From positions 160,001-224,000 of the forward strand of contig CAWHEP010000008.1 in the NCBI GenBank assembly GCA_963828525.1: a stretch of 64,000 nt of DNA, written 5' to 3'. The first letter of the stretch is position 1. Every line of letters begins with the position of its first letter. The notes under the pieces are model-generated. The model worked only from the letters and a program-made list of their open reading frames with translations. It made no database searches and was not told the origin of the DNA. Positions 42,654-51,824 of the stretch are shown here, piece after piece. Source of the DNA: an uncultured Verrucomicrobiae bacterium (GTDB taxonomy: Bacteria > Verrucomicrobiota > Verrucomicrobiia > Chthoniobacterales > Chthoniobacteraceae). The translations under genes and the position numbers were made by a program.

Positions 42654-44333
42654 TTAATGAACCAGGTCGACGCTCGGTATTTCGTAGGGAAAACTGATCC
42701 GACCGCACGATTCGCTTGTGAAAAAAACGATTTCCGCCCCGTCGAGCCAATCTGCGGGTATAGGGTCCTTAGCATGCGCGTAGTTGGCTTTTATCGATTC
42801 CATAGTCGAGACGCCGTTTAGCATTACGGGTCGTTGCAGATGATGAGTTTCAAGATTGTTGCCATAGCTTTCAGCGCCATTGTCGATCAGGCACTCGCCC
42901 TTGCGACGATTGATCACGAGCCAGGATAGATTTTCCCATTCCTGCCAGCCGGGAACGTCTCCACGCAGCGTCAGCGGCATGTATTGCTTGACGATCCGGA
43001 AGGTGATCCTGCTTGGGTCGGCTTCCACCTGTTGTAAGGCGTAACGTCGGCGCGGCAGGTTTAATACCGCTCCGGACTTAAGCGGAAGGGTACGAAGAAT
43101 GAAGGCGCGACCGACAGTGAAAGTCACCACACCCTTGATAGAGACGCCCGTCAGATCTTCGTCTCGATAGCGGTCGGGCAGGTAGTGGAAGGCCCGAAAG
43201 CCCTCATCCTGCCAACGCCTGGGCCATCCCGACATCGGCGTAAATCCGGCGAGTTGCTGCCTTAGATTATCTCCGACCCATCCACTGCCCAAGACCGCTC
43301 CCTGATATATGCCATAGCCTTTGTAAGATGACGAAAGCTTGCGCCCGGACCGCAAGGTCGCCTCGGCTTCGCCTCCGGTTTGAGCGAAAAAGTAGGGCGC
43401 ATCCAGCCCACTTAACCCGCCGAATAGATCAACGTTTTCGGTTGTGACATTGTTCCATCCCGAACCCGTGACATTAGCGGGATGTCCGGGCAGTCTTTCA
43501 ATATTGAATCGGATTTTATCGCGAAGTGCTGGCGCGAGTTCCGGCACCTGCCTCGGCTGGTCGGCAAAGATTACGCTTAGATTGATTGGCCAATAGAGCC
43601 AGAGCAGGACACTGAGAAACAATCCGCTACCCAGAGCGGCAAAACTGTCCTTGAAGGGCCGTTTGCCATAGCAGGAAATGGCTCCCACCGCTCCTGTAAA
43701 TGCCAATCCAATATTGAACATCAGCCATCGGCAGTGATCGAGCTGATACGAAAACTCAGTCGGATTGGGAGGAGGCGTTACGCTGGCTCGCCTTATATAG
43801 TCGGCGAAAACAAGGCTGCCGATGCCGATCAAAACAGCGCCTCCGGCAATGGCCATCATCACGGAAGTTAGCTTCCGAAGAAAAAATGTTGGAACGGCAG
43901 CGACGGTCAGAAGGGCAATGGCAGAGATCGTCCTTTCAACGATGAATAACACCTGATCGAGAAGATCGAACTGCATGCCGAGCGCATACATGGTGCCCAA
44001 GGATTCAATCCAGATCGGAACCAAGAGAAACGCGCCTGCAAACAGAACCTTGCTGGTAAGCAGAACGGACCAGTCCACCGGTCGCGTGGCCAGAAAGCGC
44101 ATGGATCGTCCCGGAGGATCGAGCAGAATGACGCGAATCAGGATCATGACGTAGACGAATTCGAAGACGCCCATGGCCCCAATCATGAAGGCGTTCGTCT
44201 CAACCGGGCCGGAACTTATAGACCGGGCGCCAATGGGCAGAAGCAGCGCCAGCAGCCAAAGCATGGCCAGCCAACCACGCTGATGTCGCAGGTCCTTAAT
44301 CAACAGATGCCGAATAAGCGCAGGCCGGTTCAT
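42654..44333 (-). CDS. Multi-pass membrane protein with large soluble C-terminal domain (putative ABC-2-type permease), paralog 1
   Basis: RFLATRPV motif; shares C-terminal DWL.GAE.VF...E.CG....PYE with 40101..41714. Confidence 0.65.
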   Translation of the reverse strand: MNRPALIRHLLIKDLRHQRGWLAMLWLLALLLPIGARSISSGPVETNAFMIGAMGVFEFVYVMILIRVILLDPPGRSMRFLATRPVDWSVLLTSKVLFAGAFLLVPIWIESLGTMYALGMQFDLLDQVLFIVERTISAIALLTVAAVPTFFLRKLTSVMMAIAGGAVLIGIGSLVFADYIRRASVTPPPNPTEFSYQLDHCRWLMFNIGLAFTGAVGAISCYGKRPFKDSFAALGSGLFLSVLLWLYWPINLSVIFADQPRQVPELAPALRDKIRFNIERLPGHPANVTGSGWNNVTTENVDLFGGLSGLDAPYFFAQTGGEAEATLRSGRKLSSSYKGYGIYQGAVLGSGWVGDNLRQQLAGFTPMSGWPRRWQDEGFRAFHYLPDRYRDEDLTGVSIKGVVTFTVGRAFILRTLPLKSGAVLNLPRRRYALQQVEADPSRITFRIVKQYMPLTLRGDVPGWQEWENLSWLVINRRKGECLIDNGAESYGNNLETHHLQRPVMLNGVSTMESIKANYAHAKDPIPADWLDGAEIVFFTSESCGRISFPYEIPSVDLVH

Positions 44334-44713
44334 AAGCGTTTCATTTTGCGGGCTTGTTTTTGGATGAATAAGAAGACCTGTTCTTCGTTGAGTCCGAGAC
44401 GAGACGCTTCAATGAGGAGTTTTTCGACAATCGGCTCCAGCGCGCGGGCCAGTTCGCGACGGTCTGCAGCCACCGTTTGGGCAACAAAACTGCCCTGTCC
44501 GGAACGAATCTCAAGGACACCTTCGGCGACCAGCGAACTGACTGCCTTTTGGACAGTGTTAGGATTGATCTTCAATTCGGCGCTGATGGCGCGAACTGCG
44601 GGAAAACGGTCTCCCGCCCTGAGATGCTCCGTAACTAAGGCGCGCTTTACCGCGTGAACGATCTGCTCGTAGATCGGCTGGCCAGCCTGAAGTTGGATTG
44701 GAAACGGAAGCAC
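44330..44713 (-). CDS. GntR-family regulator, YtrA subfamily
   Basis: PIYEQIV...GDRFPAVR.IS.EL.INPNTVQKA...G.GSFV; short C-terminus; GTG start at 44713. Confidence 0.9.
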   Translation of the reverse strand: MLPFPIQLQAGQPIYEQIVHAVKRALVTEHLRAGDRFPAVRAISAELKINPNTVQKAVSSLVAEGVLEIRSGQGSFVAQTVAADRRELARALEPIVEKLLIEASRLGLNEEQVFLFIQKQARKMKRL

Positions 44714-44718
44714 TAGAG

Positions 44719-44741
44719 GTGTATTACGTGCACTAACACAC
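44719..44741. promoter_or_regulatory. Putative YtrA-type operator GTGTATTA-N7-TAACACAC
   Basis: 8-bp inverted repeat with 1 mismatch and a 7-bp spacer, 5 bp upstream of the gntR start. Confidence 0.6.
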
Positions 44742-45045
44742 GCATGCAACCTTTTTCTGATTTTCCAGGAGGGCCGGTGGTGCTATTTAGCTCGAATCGC
44801 TTCGTTAAGAGAGTTTACCAATCCATCTTCGTCCTGCATCGCCTGCCCATGACCTTCAATTCCTTAAGCAAGCCCGTTTGCTTCTTTGGGCTGGCTTCAT
44901 GTTCTCTCAATTCCGCAGTGGCGGACGCAATCATTCAATCGGCGGCAGCGGTCATACGCCTACCCCTATTATCGGTGGAGATTTGCCGTCCAAGTGCTCG
45001 CGTTCTGCCTTGTCAGCGTCGGCTTTCATTATCACGCTGGTTCAC

Positions 45046-45426
45046 ATGATTGCACCTTGTCGCAAAGTTATCCGGGGTTTCCTATTTCGAATCATCGCCG
45101 TAATTTCCCTATCCCTACTCTCTCCTGCGGTGGCCCAATCACCGGTTCAGGACGCACAGGCGAAGGCCGTTAAGTTGCATCCCGATCTTGCGGTAAAGGG
45201 ATCACCTCTCAACGCGAAGTTTGTTTCCGAATATCACCGACTCCAGACAACGAACCCTGACTTTTCCACGAATCCGTCCTGGCCGATTACCTTGGCAAAG
45301 GAGTGTTCCGATGCGTTGAATGCACCCATAAACGGAGCGGTTGATCAACCGACCGGTCCTGTCGATCAGAATCCAAAAAACTTATCGCAGGCCCATATAC
45401 AGTTCCGTCCAGTCTCATGGGTTTAG
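45046..45426 (+). CDS. Hypothetical exported protein
   Basis: Signal-peptide-like N-terminus (FLFRIIAVISLSLLSPAVA) followed by a compact helical-looking domain. Confidence 0.5.
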   Translation: MIAPCRKVIRGFLFRIIAVISLSLLSPAVAQSPVQDAQAKAVKLHPDLAVKGSPLNAKFVSEYHRLQTTNPDFSTNPSWPITLAKECSDALNAPINGAVDQPTGPVDQNPKNLSQAHIQFRPVSWV

Positions 45427-45626
45427 CTGTCCTTGTCCTGTTTTGGGTCGCAGTCGGATTTTCGTTTTTTGTCCTCAGCGCCGGAACGGCGATGAGTTTT
45501 ACTGCGTTCTGGTTCCTCGGGGTGGTTGTCGCCTCCAACCTGCACATTGCGCCGTACTTTTTTCTTACGTATGAGGCGTTGTTGGCGGCGACCCTTTGCA
45601 TCATGCTCAAGAGTGAGTGGTCTTGA
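45417..45626 (+). CDS. Small hydrophobic ORF (possible membrane protein or fragment)
   Basis: 69 aa, almost entirely hydrophobic; overlaps the upstream ORF. Confidence 0.3.
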   Translation: MGLAVLVLFWVAVGFSFFVLSAGTAMSFTAFWFLGVVVASNLHIAPYFFLTYEALLAATLCIMLKSEWS

Positions 45627-45744
45627 TTTTATTCGGAACAAATGCGCTCGCGGCCCCGCCTTTGTAAATTACGTCAAGTTCTTCCTCCCGAAGATTTTCC
45701 TCGACCAGCAGGGATATCTCGCTCTTGTCTCATCAGGCCGACGT

Positions 45745-45850
45745 CAAATCGTATCGGGTTATCTATCGCGTCACTCATGGCCAGCAACGCGTCGAGATTA
45801 TCCGATTCTGGCACGCCGCAGCGCGGAACTCCAGAAATTCAAACCTAAAG
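45745..45850 (+). pseudogene. RelE/ParE-family toxin, C-terminal remnant
   Basis: KSYRVIYRV....RVEIIRFWHAA, then a frameshift to RGTPEI; N-terminal half and antitoxin are absent. Confidence 0.6.
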
Positions 45851-45887
45851 CGTAGGCGGTCGAGGACTGAGCGAGGGGTCGGGGCGT

Positions 45888-46352
45888 CTAGCTGGCGTCT
45901 GAAAGGGAATGAAGTTGCACCCATTGATTTGCATCGTGATCCAAGAAATAATCCTCCATCGTAAGTTGACCCGTGTCGATCATTTGTTGGATCGTTGAAA
46001 CAGGAAACTCGCCAAGATCTTCGCCGTTTTTCGCGATTCGGTATTGCCGCTCTGCGGTAGGAGTCCGCAAAGGAGGAGGAGGTGTTGGCCTTTGGGTGCC
46101 CGGCAATTGCTGCGGTTGCTGCGCTGTCTGTTCTTGGAGCATCCGCTTTGCGATCGGTGAACCGAGCGGAATCATGTTCCCGCTACCGCATTTTGGGCAA
46201 GCGTCGTAACGGGATGTGATACGCCAGATGGAGTAAATAATGCCCGGAAGGATAAATGATAACCACAACAAGATTTCTATTAAAAAGCTGCCTTTCGTGA
46301 CACGCTTGGTCACTCCGACGAACCCGCATGTGGTGCATAGTCTTTTCGCCAT
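45888..46352 (-). CDS. Membrane protein with CxxC-TM-CxxC zinc module plus C-terminal GYF_2/DUF4339-like domain
   Basis: CTTC..TM(LIEILLWLSFILPGIIYSIW)..CPKC, Pro/Gln linker, YRIAKNGEDLGEF..IQQMIDTGQL...W. Confidence 0.6.
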   Translation of the reverse strand: MAKRLCTTCGFVGVTKRVTKGSFLIEILLWLSFILPGIIYSIWRITSRYDACPKCGSGNMIPLGSPIAKRMLQEQTAQQPQQLPGTQRPTPPPPLRTPTAERQYRIAKNGEDLGEFPVSTIQQMIDTGQLTMEDYFLDHDANQWVQLHSLSDAS

Positions 46353-46521
46353 TTTTCGTAACTTTTTGAGTCGGGAAACCCGCGTTTCAAACGCGCGAGC
46401 AACGCCCAACTTTAGATTCGGTGAGCGTCAATCGGCGAAAACATGAGGCGGTCTTACTGGCCGGAAGCATAACACTCAAGCCGAAACCCGAATGTACTTG
46501 GTGAAAGTGCGCCAAAATCGA

Positions 46522-46950
46522 TCAGGCCCGCCTCGAAATCCATTCCAGCCTCTCGATCTCCGCGCTACGCAGCCCCGCAAACGCGCCTATTGCCCAATAG
46601 GGGAGCGTTTCCACCTCTGCACACTCCAAGAGGCGCGCCGTCTCGGCAACCGTAAGGATTTCGATTTCCCCGGCGCGTTCCTTTGCCCTTTCCACGTCGG
46701 CAATCGGATTCTCGGCGGTGTAGCCCTGCCTCTTGGCGAAAACGAACAGGTCGAGACTCTGCGGCGGACGGTGTTCCGGGGGACGGGGCCAACTTTGAGA
46801 CTGCGAAGCCATGCCGAGACGTCTTTCGCGGTGAGTGCGGCGATCATCTGGTCGCCAAGCCGGTCCGGGCGAAGTTTCCAAGACGGATTCGCAAATCGTG
46901 CAGGTATGCGGCGCTCATACCGATCCGTCTTGCGAGCGGCGAACAACGAA
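46522..46950 (-). pseudogene. Tyrosine recombinase/integrase remnant
   Basis: Across several frames: MSAAYLHDLRIRL, DVSAWLRSL..RNTVRR, LFVFAKRQGY..ENP, ILTVAE..LL, AFAGLRSAEIERLEW (box I Arg). Box II is missing; multiple frameshifts. Confidence 0.8.
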
Positions 46951-47000
46951 TTTCAAACGGGGATGCGCGTAAGGCTTGATGCGAAACGCCTTTTTACTCT

Positions 47001-47036
47001 TTGCGATAAATTGCAACTTGTTGCCACTTTTGCAAG
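47001..47036. repeat. TTGC-initiated direct repeats at ~10-bp spacing (possible integrase arm-type sites)
   Basis: TTGCGATAAA TTGCAACTTG TTGCCACTT TTGCAAG, lying between the tRNA 3' end and the integrase remnant. Confidence 0.35.
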
Positions 47037-47134
47037 CGATTTCCGTGGTTAACGTTTTTAGGCCGGAGTATGCGTGCGAATGGGAAAAGCTCTCAAAGCC
47101 TGCATTCATGAGGGTTTCAGCGCATTTCCAGAGA

Positions 47135-47207
47135 TGGGTTGGCTGGGACTCGAACCCAGGACCAATGCCTTAAAAGGGCACTGCTCTACCAACTGAGCTA
47201 CCAACCC
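47135..47207 (-). tRNA. tRNA-Lys (anticodon UUU), CCA not encoded
   Basis: GGGTTGG TAGCTCAGTTGGTAGAGC A GTGCC CTTTTAA GGCAT TGGTC CTGGG TTCGAGT CCCAG CCAACCC A folds as a full cloverleaf. Confidence 0.97.
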
Positions 47208-47335
47208 GTTTCCAAGGAAGACGCGACTGGAACCTCGCGCCTCCTTTTGGGGAGCGTTTTAGATAAGTCATCCCGTGGTTCGAGACAAGGAGCAATTTCT
47301 GAGGGTTCGTTCGTGCGCACAGGAATGCGAGCGTA

Positions 47336-49147
47336 TTATGAAGATCCCCCCCCGGCTGGCAATCCTACGAGCCACTTCGAGACGATCACGCCCGCTTCTT
47401 CGGCGCGGTGATCCGGGAGCGCTACCCGGCGGCAGTGGAGTTTGCCGTCGTTCATCGTCGCGAGGAACTCGACGCGCGCGCCGATGCCTTCGATCGTCGT
47501 GATTACTCGGTCGATTGCGGCGATCTTTGTTCCTTCTTTCTCCAGCCATTGCTTGAACGCCTCCTCCGGGATGGCGGTTTCCTGCCAGAAGGCTGCTTCG
47601 TCGACCGGCAGTTCCGCGCAACGGGTGGTCACGAAAGCGCGATCCAGGAATGAAAGTAGATTGCCTGCTTTAGGACCGGAGTCGCGGTCCAAAAGGACTT
47701 TGTAGATGGCCTTGAACGCGGAGGGCTGATCGATTGGCGTGAGTCGCGCCGCGTTGAAAACGCAGGCCTGCAAAGCATCGCCAATCCATTCGGTGGCGGG
47801 GAGCAGGCTCGCAAAAATGCGCAAGAAGCCCTTCTGCGCGGCAGAGAGAGCGCGGGCGCTTTCGGGCAGGGTTTCGCGCAAGCGAGTCTTTTCGGCTTCG
47901 GTCGCGTAGTTATCGACCCAATACCGTGCCGCTCGCATGCGGAGGTGGAGGTGTTTTAAGTCGAGTTCCGTGAAAGGGGAGCCTTTTCGCTTTTCAAGCT
48001 CCCGCGCCACGTCGAGATGAGGCATCTGGATGATGGCTGTAACGAGCTGGAAATCGGCTGTCCAATGATCCGGTTCCACGGCGACCCGCGATAGTTCGTA
48101 CACGCGCTTCTCGTCATCGCCGATGGCGGGCTCGTGGAAATAGCGGTGGTGATATTTGTCGAACTCGTTGAACAGTTTGACTATGTGCGCTTCACCAGGC
48201 TCGAAGTTCACTGTGTGCTTCGGCAGGGGGCGGATGAGGAGGAAGCGGAGGATTTCAGGCGGCAGGAAGTCAGCCATGTCGCGCGAAGTGACACCGATGC
48301 CCCGCGACGAACTCATCTTCGCTCCGCCGACGAGAAAGAAGTCGTAGGGGCAGTTCATCGGCGGCTGCCCGCCAAAGATGGCGCGCAAACAGGCGATGGC
48401 AACGTCGCGGGAGCCGCCCTTGGTACTGTGATCGCGGCCCGCGCCTTCGATCGTGACCGGAAACGTCCGCCACTTCGCGCACCACTCCAGCTTCCAGGGC
48501 AGCTTCCCCCTGCCATCGAACGGAGAGGTCTTCCCCCGGTAGCCGCACCCGCGCGCCCATTTCACCAAATCCGGCTTGCACTCGTACGTCACCTCATTCC
48601 CGTCGTAAGAGGACACCACGGTGGTGCCGACGCGTCCGCAGTTTTCACAGATCGTCTGGAAGGGATGCCAATGCTCATCGCGGTCCGAGCCGCTCACCTC
48701 CTTATAGATTCGCCGAACGTCCGCCGCGCGGCGCAGGATCATGTCAATCGCCTCATTAAATTTGCCGGATCGGTAGATATCGCGCATCCGGTAGAACTCT
48801 GGCTGCACCCCTAATTCCGCGAAGACCTGCCAGAATTCGGTGATGTAATGCTCCGCCATGTCGGTGGCAGGCGATCCCGGTGGTGGAGGAACGTTGCAAA
48901 GCGGGGCGCCGAGGTATTTTTCGAAATGCTCAGCCTGCCCGTAAGGAATCTCATCGACCGGGTCATAGTCGTCGCAGCCGAAAAGGTAGCGGACTGGCAC
49001 CCCCTTCGCTTTCAAGGTTCTGAAAAGGGCATCGTGGATTAACGGCCCGCGGAGAGCTCCTACGTGCGCGCGGCCGGAGGGCGTCTTGGAATCATTAATG
49101 GTCTGGGGAGCGTCGATCTGCTCGACGAGACGGTCACACCAAAACAT
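47336..49147 (-). CDS. lysS: Lysine--tRNA ligase, class I
   Basis: TPSGRAHVG (HIGH-like), DDYD, CENCG zinc motif, GKLPWKLEW, EGAGRDH, KMSSSRG, GPKAG. Confidence 0.93.
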   Translation of the reverse strand: MFWCDRLVEQIDAPQTINDSKTPSGRAHVGALRGPLIHDALFRTLKAKGVPVRYLFGCDDYDPVDEIPYGQAEHFEKYLGAPLCNVPPPPGSPATDMAEHYITEFWQVFAELGVQPEFYRMRDIYRSGKFNEAIDMILRRAADVRRIYKEVSGSDRDEHWHPFQTICENCGRVGTTVVSSYDGNEVTYECKPDLVKWARGCGYRGKTSPFDGRGKLPWKLEWCAKWRTFPVTIEGAGRDHSTKGGSRDVAIACLRAIFGGQPPMNCPYDFFLVGGAKMSSSRGIGVTSRDMADFLPPEILRFLLIRPLPKHTVNFEPGEAHIVKLFNEFDKYHHRYFHEPAIGDDEKRVYELSRVAVEPDHWTADFQLVTAIIQMPHLDVARELEKRKGSPFTELDLKHLHLRMRAARYWVDNYATEAEKTRLRETLPESARALSAAQKGFLRIFASLLPATEWIGDALQACVFNAARLTPIDQPSAFKAIYKVLLDRDSGPKAGNLLSFLDRAFVTTRCAELPVDEAAFWQETAIPEEAFKQWLEKEGTKIAAIDRVITTIEGIGARVEFLATMNDGKLHCRRVALPDHRAEEAGVIVSKWLVGLPAGGGSS

Positions 49148-49239
49148 TCGCGTATTTTAGATCAAAACCCATTTGCGGAGACCTTCCTTAGCACGGCAGG
49201 CTTGTCTCTGCACGGCATTAGAAAGGTCGCCGCGGACCT

Positions 49240-50331
49240 TCAGTCCAGCAGTTCGTACCAATTATCACGGCGGCGCGGCTCGTAACCCGCATCGCGGATG
49301 AGGCTGGAGATTTCCTCCGACTTCAGCCGAAAATGCGCGCCTGCCTGGCTGACAACGTTTTCCTCCATCATCACCGAGCCAAAGTCGTTCGCGCCGTATT
49401 TCAACGCAATTTGTCCGATCTTAGGGCCCTGCGTAACCCAGGAGCTCTGCACGTTATCGAAATTATCCAGAAAAATGCGGGAGAGCGCCTGCATGCGCAA
49501 GTATTCCGCCGCGCCAGCCGGGATTGCCTTGAGCACTGTATTTTCAGGCTGAAAAGTCCAGCAGATGAACGCCGTAAATCCGGCGGTATCGTCCTGCAGG
49601 TCTCGCAACCGTCCCAGGTGCTCTATGCGATCCTCCACAGTCTCGACATGCCCGAACATCATGGTGGCGCTCGATTTCAGGCCGAGATCGTGCGCGATTT
49701 CCATGACCTCAAGCCACTGGCTGGAATTACATTTGAGCGGTGAAATACGCTCCCTGACGCGATCCACCAGGATTTCGCCGCCGCCTCCCGGGATCGACCC
49801 CAACCCCGCCGCCTTAAAGCGCGTGATAACCTCGCGCAGCGGCATTGAGAAGACCCGCGCGAAGTGGTTGAACTCGGGAGGACTAAATCCATGCACATTG
49901 ATGTGGGGATATTTCTCCCGAATGTGGGCCAGCATATCGAGGTAGTGATCCAGTCTCAAACCGGGGTGATGCCCGCCCTGCAAAAGGATTTGCACCCCAC
50001 CGATCGCGGAGAGCTCGTCGAGCTTTTGATCCAGCGCCTCCATACTCAGGACGTAGTGGTCCGCGTCTTTTTCCGTTCTATAGAAATTGCAGAACTTGCA
50101 ATAGACGTCGCAAACGTTGGTGTAGTTGATGTTGCGATCTATGATGTATGTGACGATCTCACTACCCCTGCCCTGGTATGCGGAAGCCTTGGCGAGATTG
50201 CGCCGGGCGTTGGCGAGCTCGCCCAGTTCGGTCAGAGGCCCGTGGTAGAGATCCAAAGCTTCCCTGGGGGTAATCCGCTCTCCCGCGAGAACTTTCTCAG
50301 CAAGATCCAATTCCAGGCAGGTAGCGTCCAT
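49240..50331 (-). CDS. mqnC: Cyclic dehypoxanthinyl futalosine synthase (radical SAM)
   Basis: TYIIDRNINYTNVCDVYCKFC, SIPGGGGEIL, ATMMFGHVE, FICWTFQ, QSSWVTQG, GANDFGSVMMEENVV. Confidence 0.9.
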   Translation of the reverse strand: MDATCLELDLAEKVLAGERITPREALDLYHGPLTELGELANARRNLAKASAYQGRGSEIVTYIIDRNINYTNVCDVYCKFCNFYRTEKDADHYVLSMEALDQKLDELSAIGGVQILLQGGHHPGLRLDHYLDMLAHIREKYPHINVHGFSPPEFNHFARVFSMPLREVITRFKAAGLGSIPGGGGEILVDRVRERISPLKCNSSQWLEVMEIAHDLGLKSSATMMFGHVETVEDRIEHLGRLRDLQDDTAGFTAFICWTFQPENTVLKAIPAGAAEYLRMQALSRIFLDNFDNVQSSWVTQGPKIGQIALKYGANDFGSVMMEENVVSQAGAHFRLKSEEISSLIRDAGYEPRRRDNWYELLD

Positions 50332-50417
50332 GCAGGGAGTGTAATACCTCCGGGTTCCAGTTTCAACGCGGCGACCCCCTGCCCTTGCTCTATTCGCAAT
50401 CCGTGCGATAGGTATGG

Positions 50418-50762
50418 ATGAATAGAAATGTCTTCTCGCGTCGGGGACCCGACATTCTCACGGAAGCAATGACTTCAGCGCTCTCCGGCAAGCAATCGTT
50501 CGAATTCAAGCCTCTTTTCGATGTAATCCTTGCCGACCTCCGCGAGAGGGAGTCCTGGAAAGGCGACCAGGAGATGCTCCGGTTGCGGGTTTACGAGAAG
50601 CTTCAGAACTTCGTGCAGGGCGGCATGGTGAAGAAAGAGGGCAAGGTGTATCAGGGAAGCCCCGCTGGCATGAAGGCTCTAAAGCTCCAGATTCAGACAT
50701 GGCATCTTGAGACCGCGAATCGGCTTACCGCCTCGCGTGAACTCGCCAAGGCCAAAGCCTAG
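50418..50762 (+). CDS. Hypothetical protein
   Basis: 114-aa ORF filling the gap between mqnC and the transglutaminase gene; EMLRLRVYEKLQ segment looks winged-helix-like. Confidence 0.6.
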   Translation: MNRNVFSRRGPDILTEAMTSALSGKQSFEFKPLFDVILADLRERESWKGDQEMLRLRVYEKLQNFVQGGMVKKEGKVYQGSPAGMKALKLQIQTWHLETANRLTASRELAKAKA

Positions 50763-50802
50763 CTCAGGCAAAGCCTGCCTGCGTGGAGCAGGCTCCTGAT
50801 TG

Positions 50803-51702
50803 CTAATTCAGCCGGACGGCAGGAACTCCGTCCAGACGTTTTGATAGATCGATTGGGCTGCCGATTGCCACTTCGCCAGGGTTGACCTGATACGCCCACA
50901 CTTCGAAATAGGAGAGTCGCGCCTCTCCATAAATCGTCGCGAAAGCGCCGTCCACGGCGTCCAGACCGTGAGACATCTTGATGCGCCCAATGCGAGGGAC
51001 GTTAAAGCGGGCATCGAAGATATACCAGGCACTATCCAGATAAACCTCACCATACGCGTGAAAGTCGCCCGGGGTGCCTGAATCCTGATACCCGATATCT
51101 GGCAGGTGCCCCGAGACATACCGCGCTGGCATATTGAACGCCCGGCAAAGCGCGATGCTGACGTGCGCAAAATCGCGACAGATGCCATACCCACGCGCGA
51201 TCACTTCAGAAGCGGACAGGTCGGGCCTCCCCGAACCAAATCGATATTCAATGTTATCATGCACCCAGTCACAGATCGCTTTTACCCTGTCATACCCGCT
51301 CCTGATCTGCCCGAAATGCTGCCAGGCAAAATCCATCAGCTTATCAGAGTCGCAGTAGCGACTGGGCAACGTATAGCGCAGAGCGTCGTGGGGAAGCTGA
51401 TGCACAGGCGTAGCAGCCTTTCCCGTGCCCTGGATTTCGGGCGTAGAGGAGACCGACACCAGGGCGTCGTGGAGAAATTCGTTGGTGCCGGGCTTTAGCA
51501 TGGAACGGCAAATGATATTTCCGAACGAGTCCTGGAACTCTTCCAAGGGAAGACCCTCGCCAAAGCAAAATTTTTCCACCTCCACGCGATGTCCTTCGTC
51601 CAAGCGTGGCCGCAGCATGAAGTGAATGGGAGTGGAGATCGAGGTTTCGTAGACGATCCGGCACCCTATCCTGGCGGTGAGATTAAGCGGATTCGTGTTC
51701 AT
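50803..51702 (-). CDS. Transglutaminase-like protein
   Basis: LPSRYCDSD, GICRDFAH (Cys), PARYVSG, DFHAY.EVYL (His), W..FDA (Asp). Confidence 0.88.
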   Translation of the reverse strand: MNTNPLNLTARIGCRIVYETSISTPIHFMLRPRLDEGHRVEVEKFCFGEGLPLEEFQDSFGNIICRSMLKPGTNEFLHDALVSVSSTPEIQGTGKAATPVHQLPHDALRYTLPSRYCDSDKLMDFAWQHFGQIRSGYDRVKAICDWVHDNIEYRFGSGRPDLSASEVIARGYGICRDFAHVSIALCRAFNMPARYVSGHLPDIGYQDSGTPGDFHAYGEVYLDSAWYIFDARFNVPRIGRIKMSHGLDAVDGAFATIYGEARLSYFEVWAYQVNPGEVAIGSPIDLSKRLDGVPAVRLN

Positions 51703-51824
51703 CGCGCGCTAGCTTAGCATCGAATCGTCGAAAGGCGTAATCCGCATCGGCCAGGGAGGCGAACCTTGTTGCGGGCGCTCTGTCGGAGGTTGCAACACGC
51801 GGAGCCCATCCGTTACAAAGACTC

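Noticed and set aside
37076..46500. Second att copy (duplicate of the tRNA-Lys 3' end) delimiting the island
   Set aside because: No convincing copy of TGGGTTGGCTGGGACTCGAA was found by eye.
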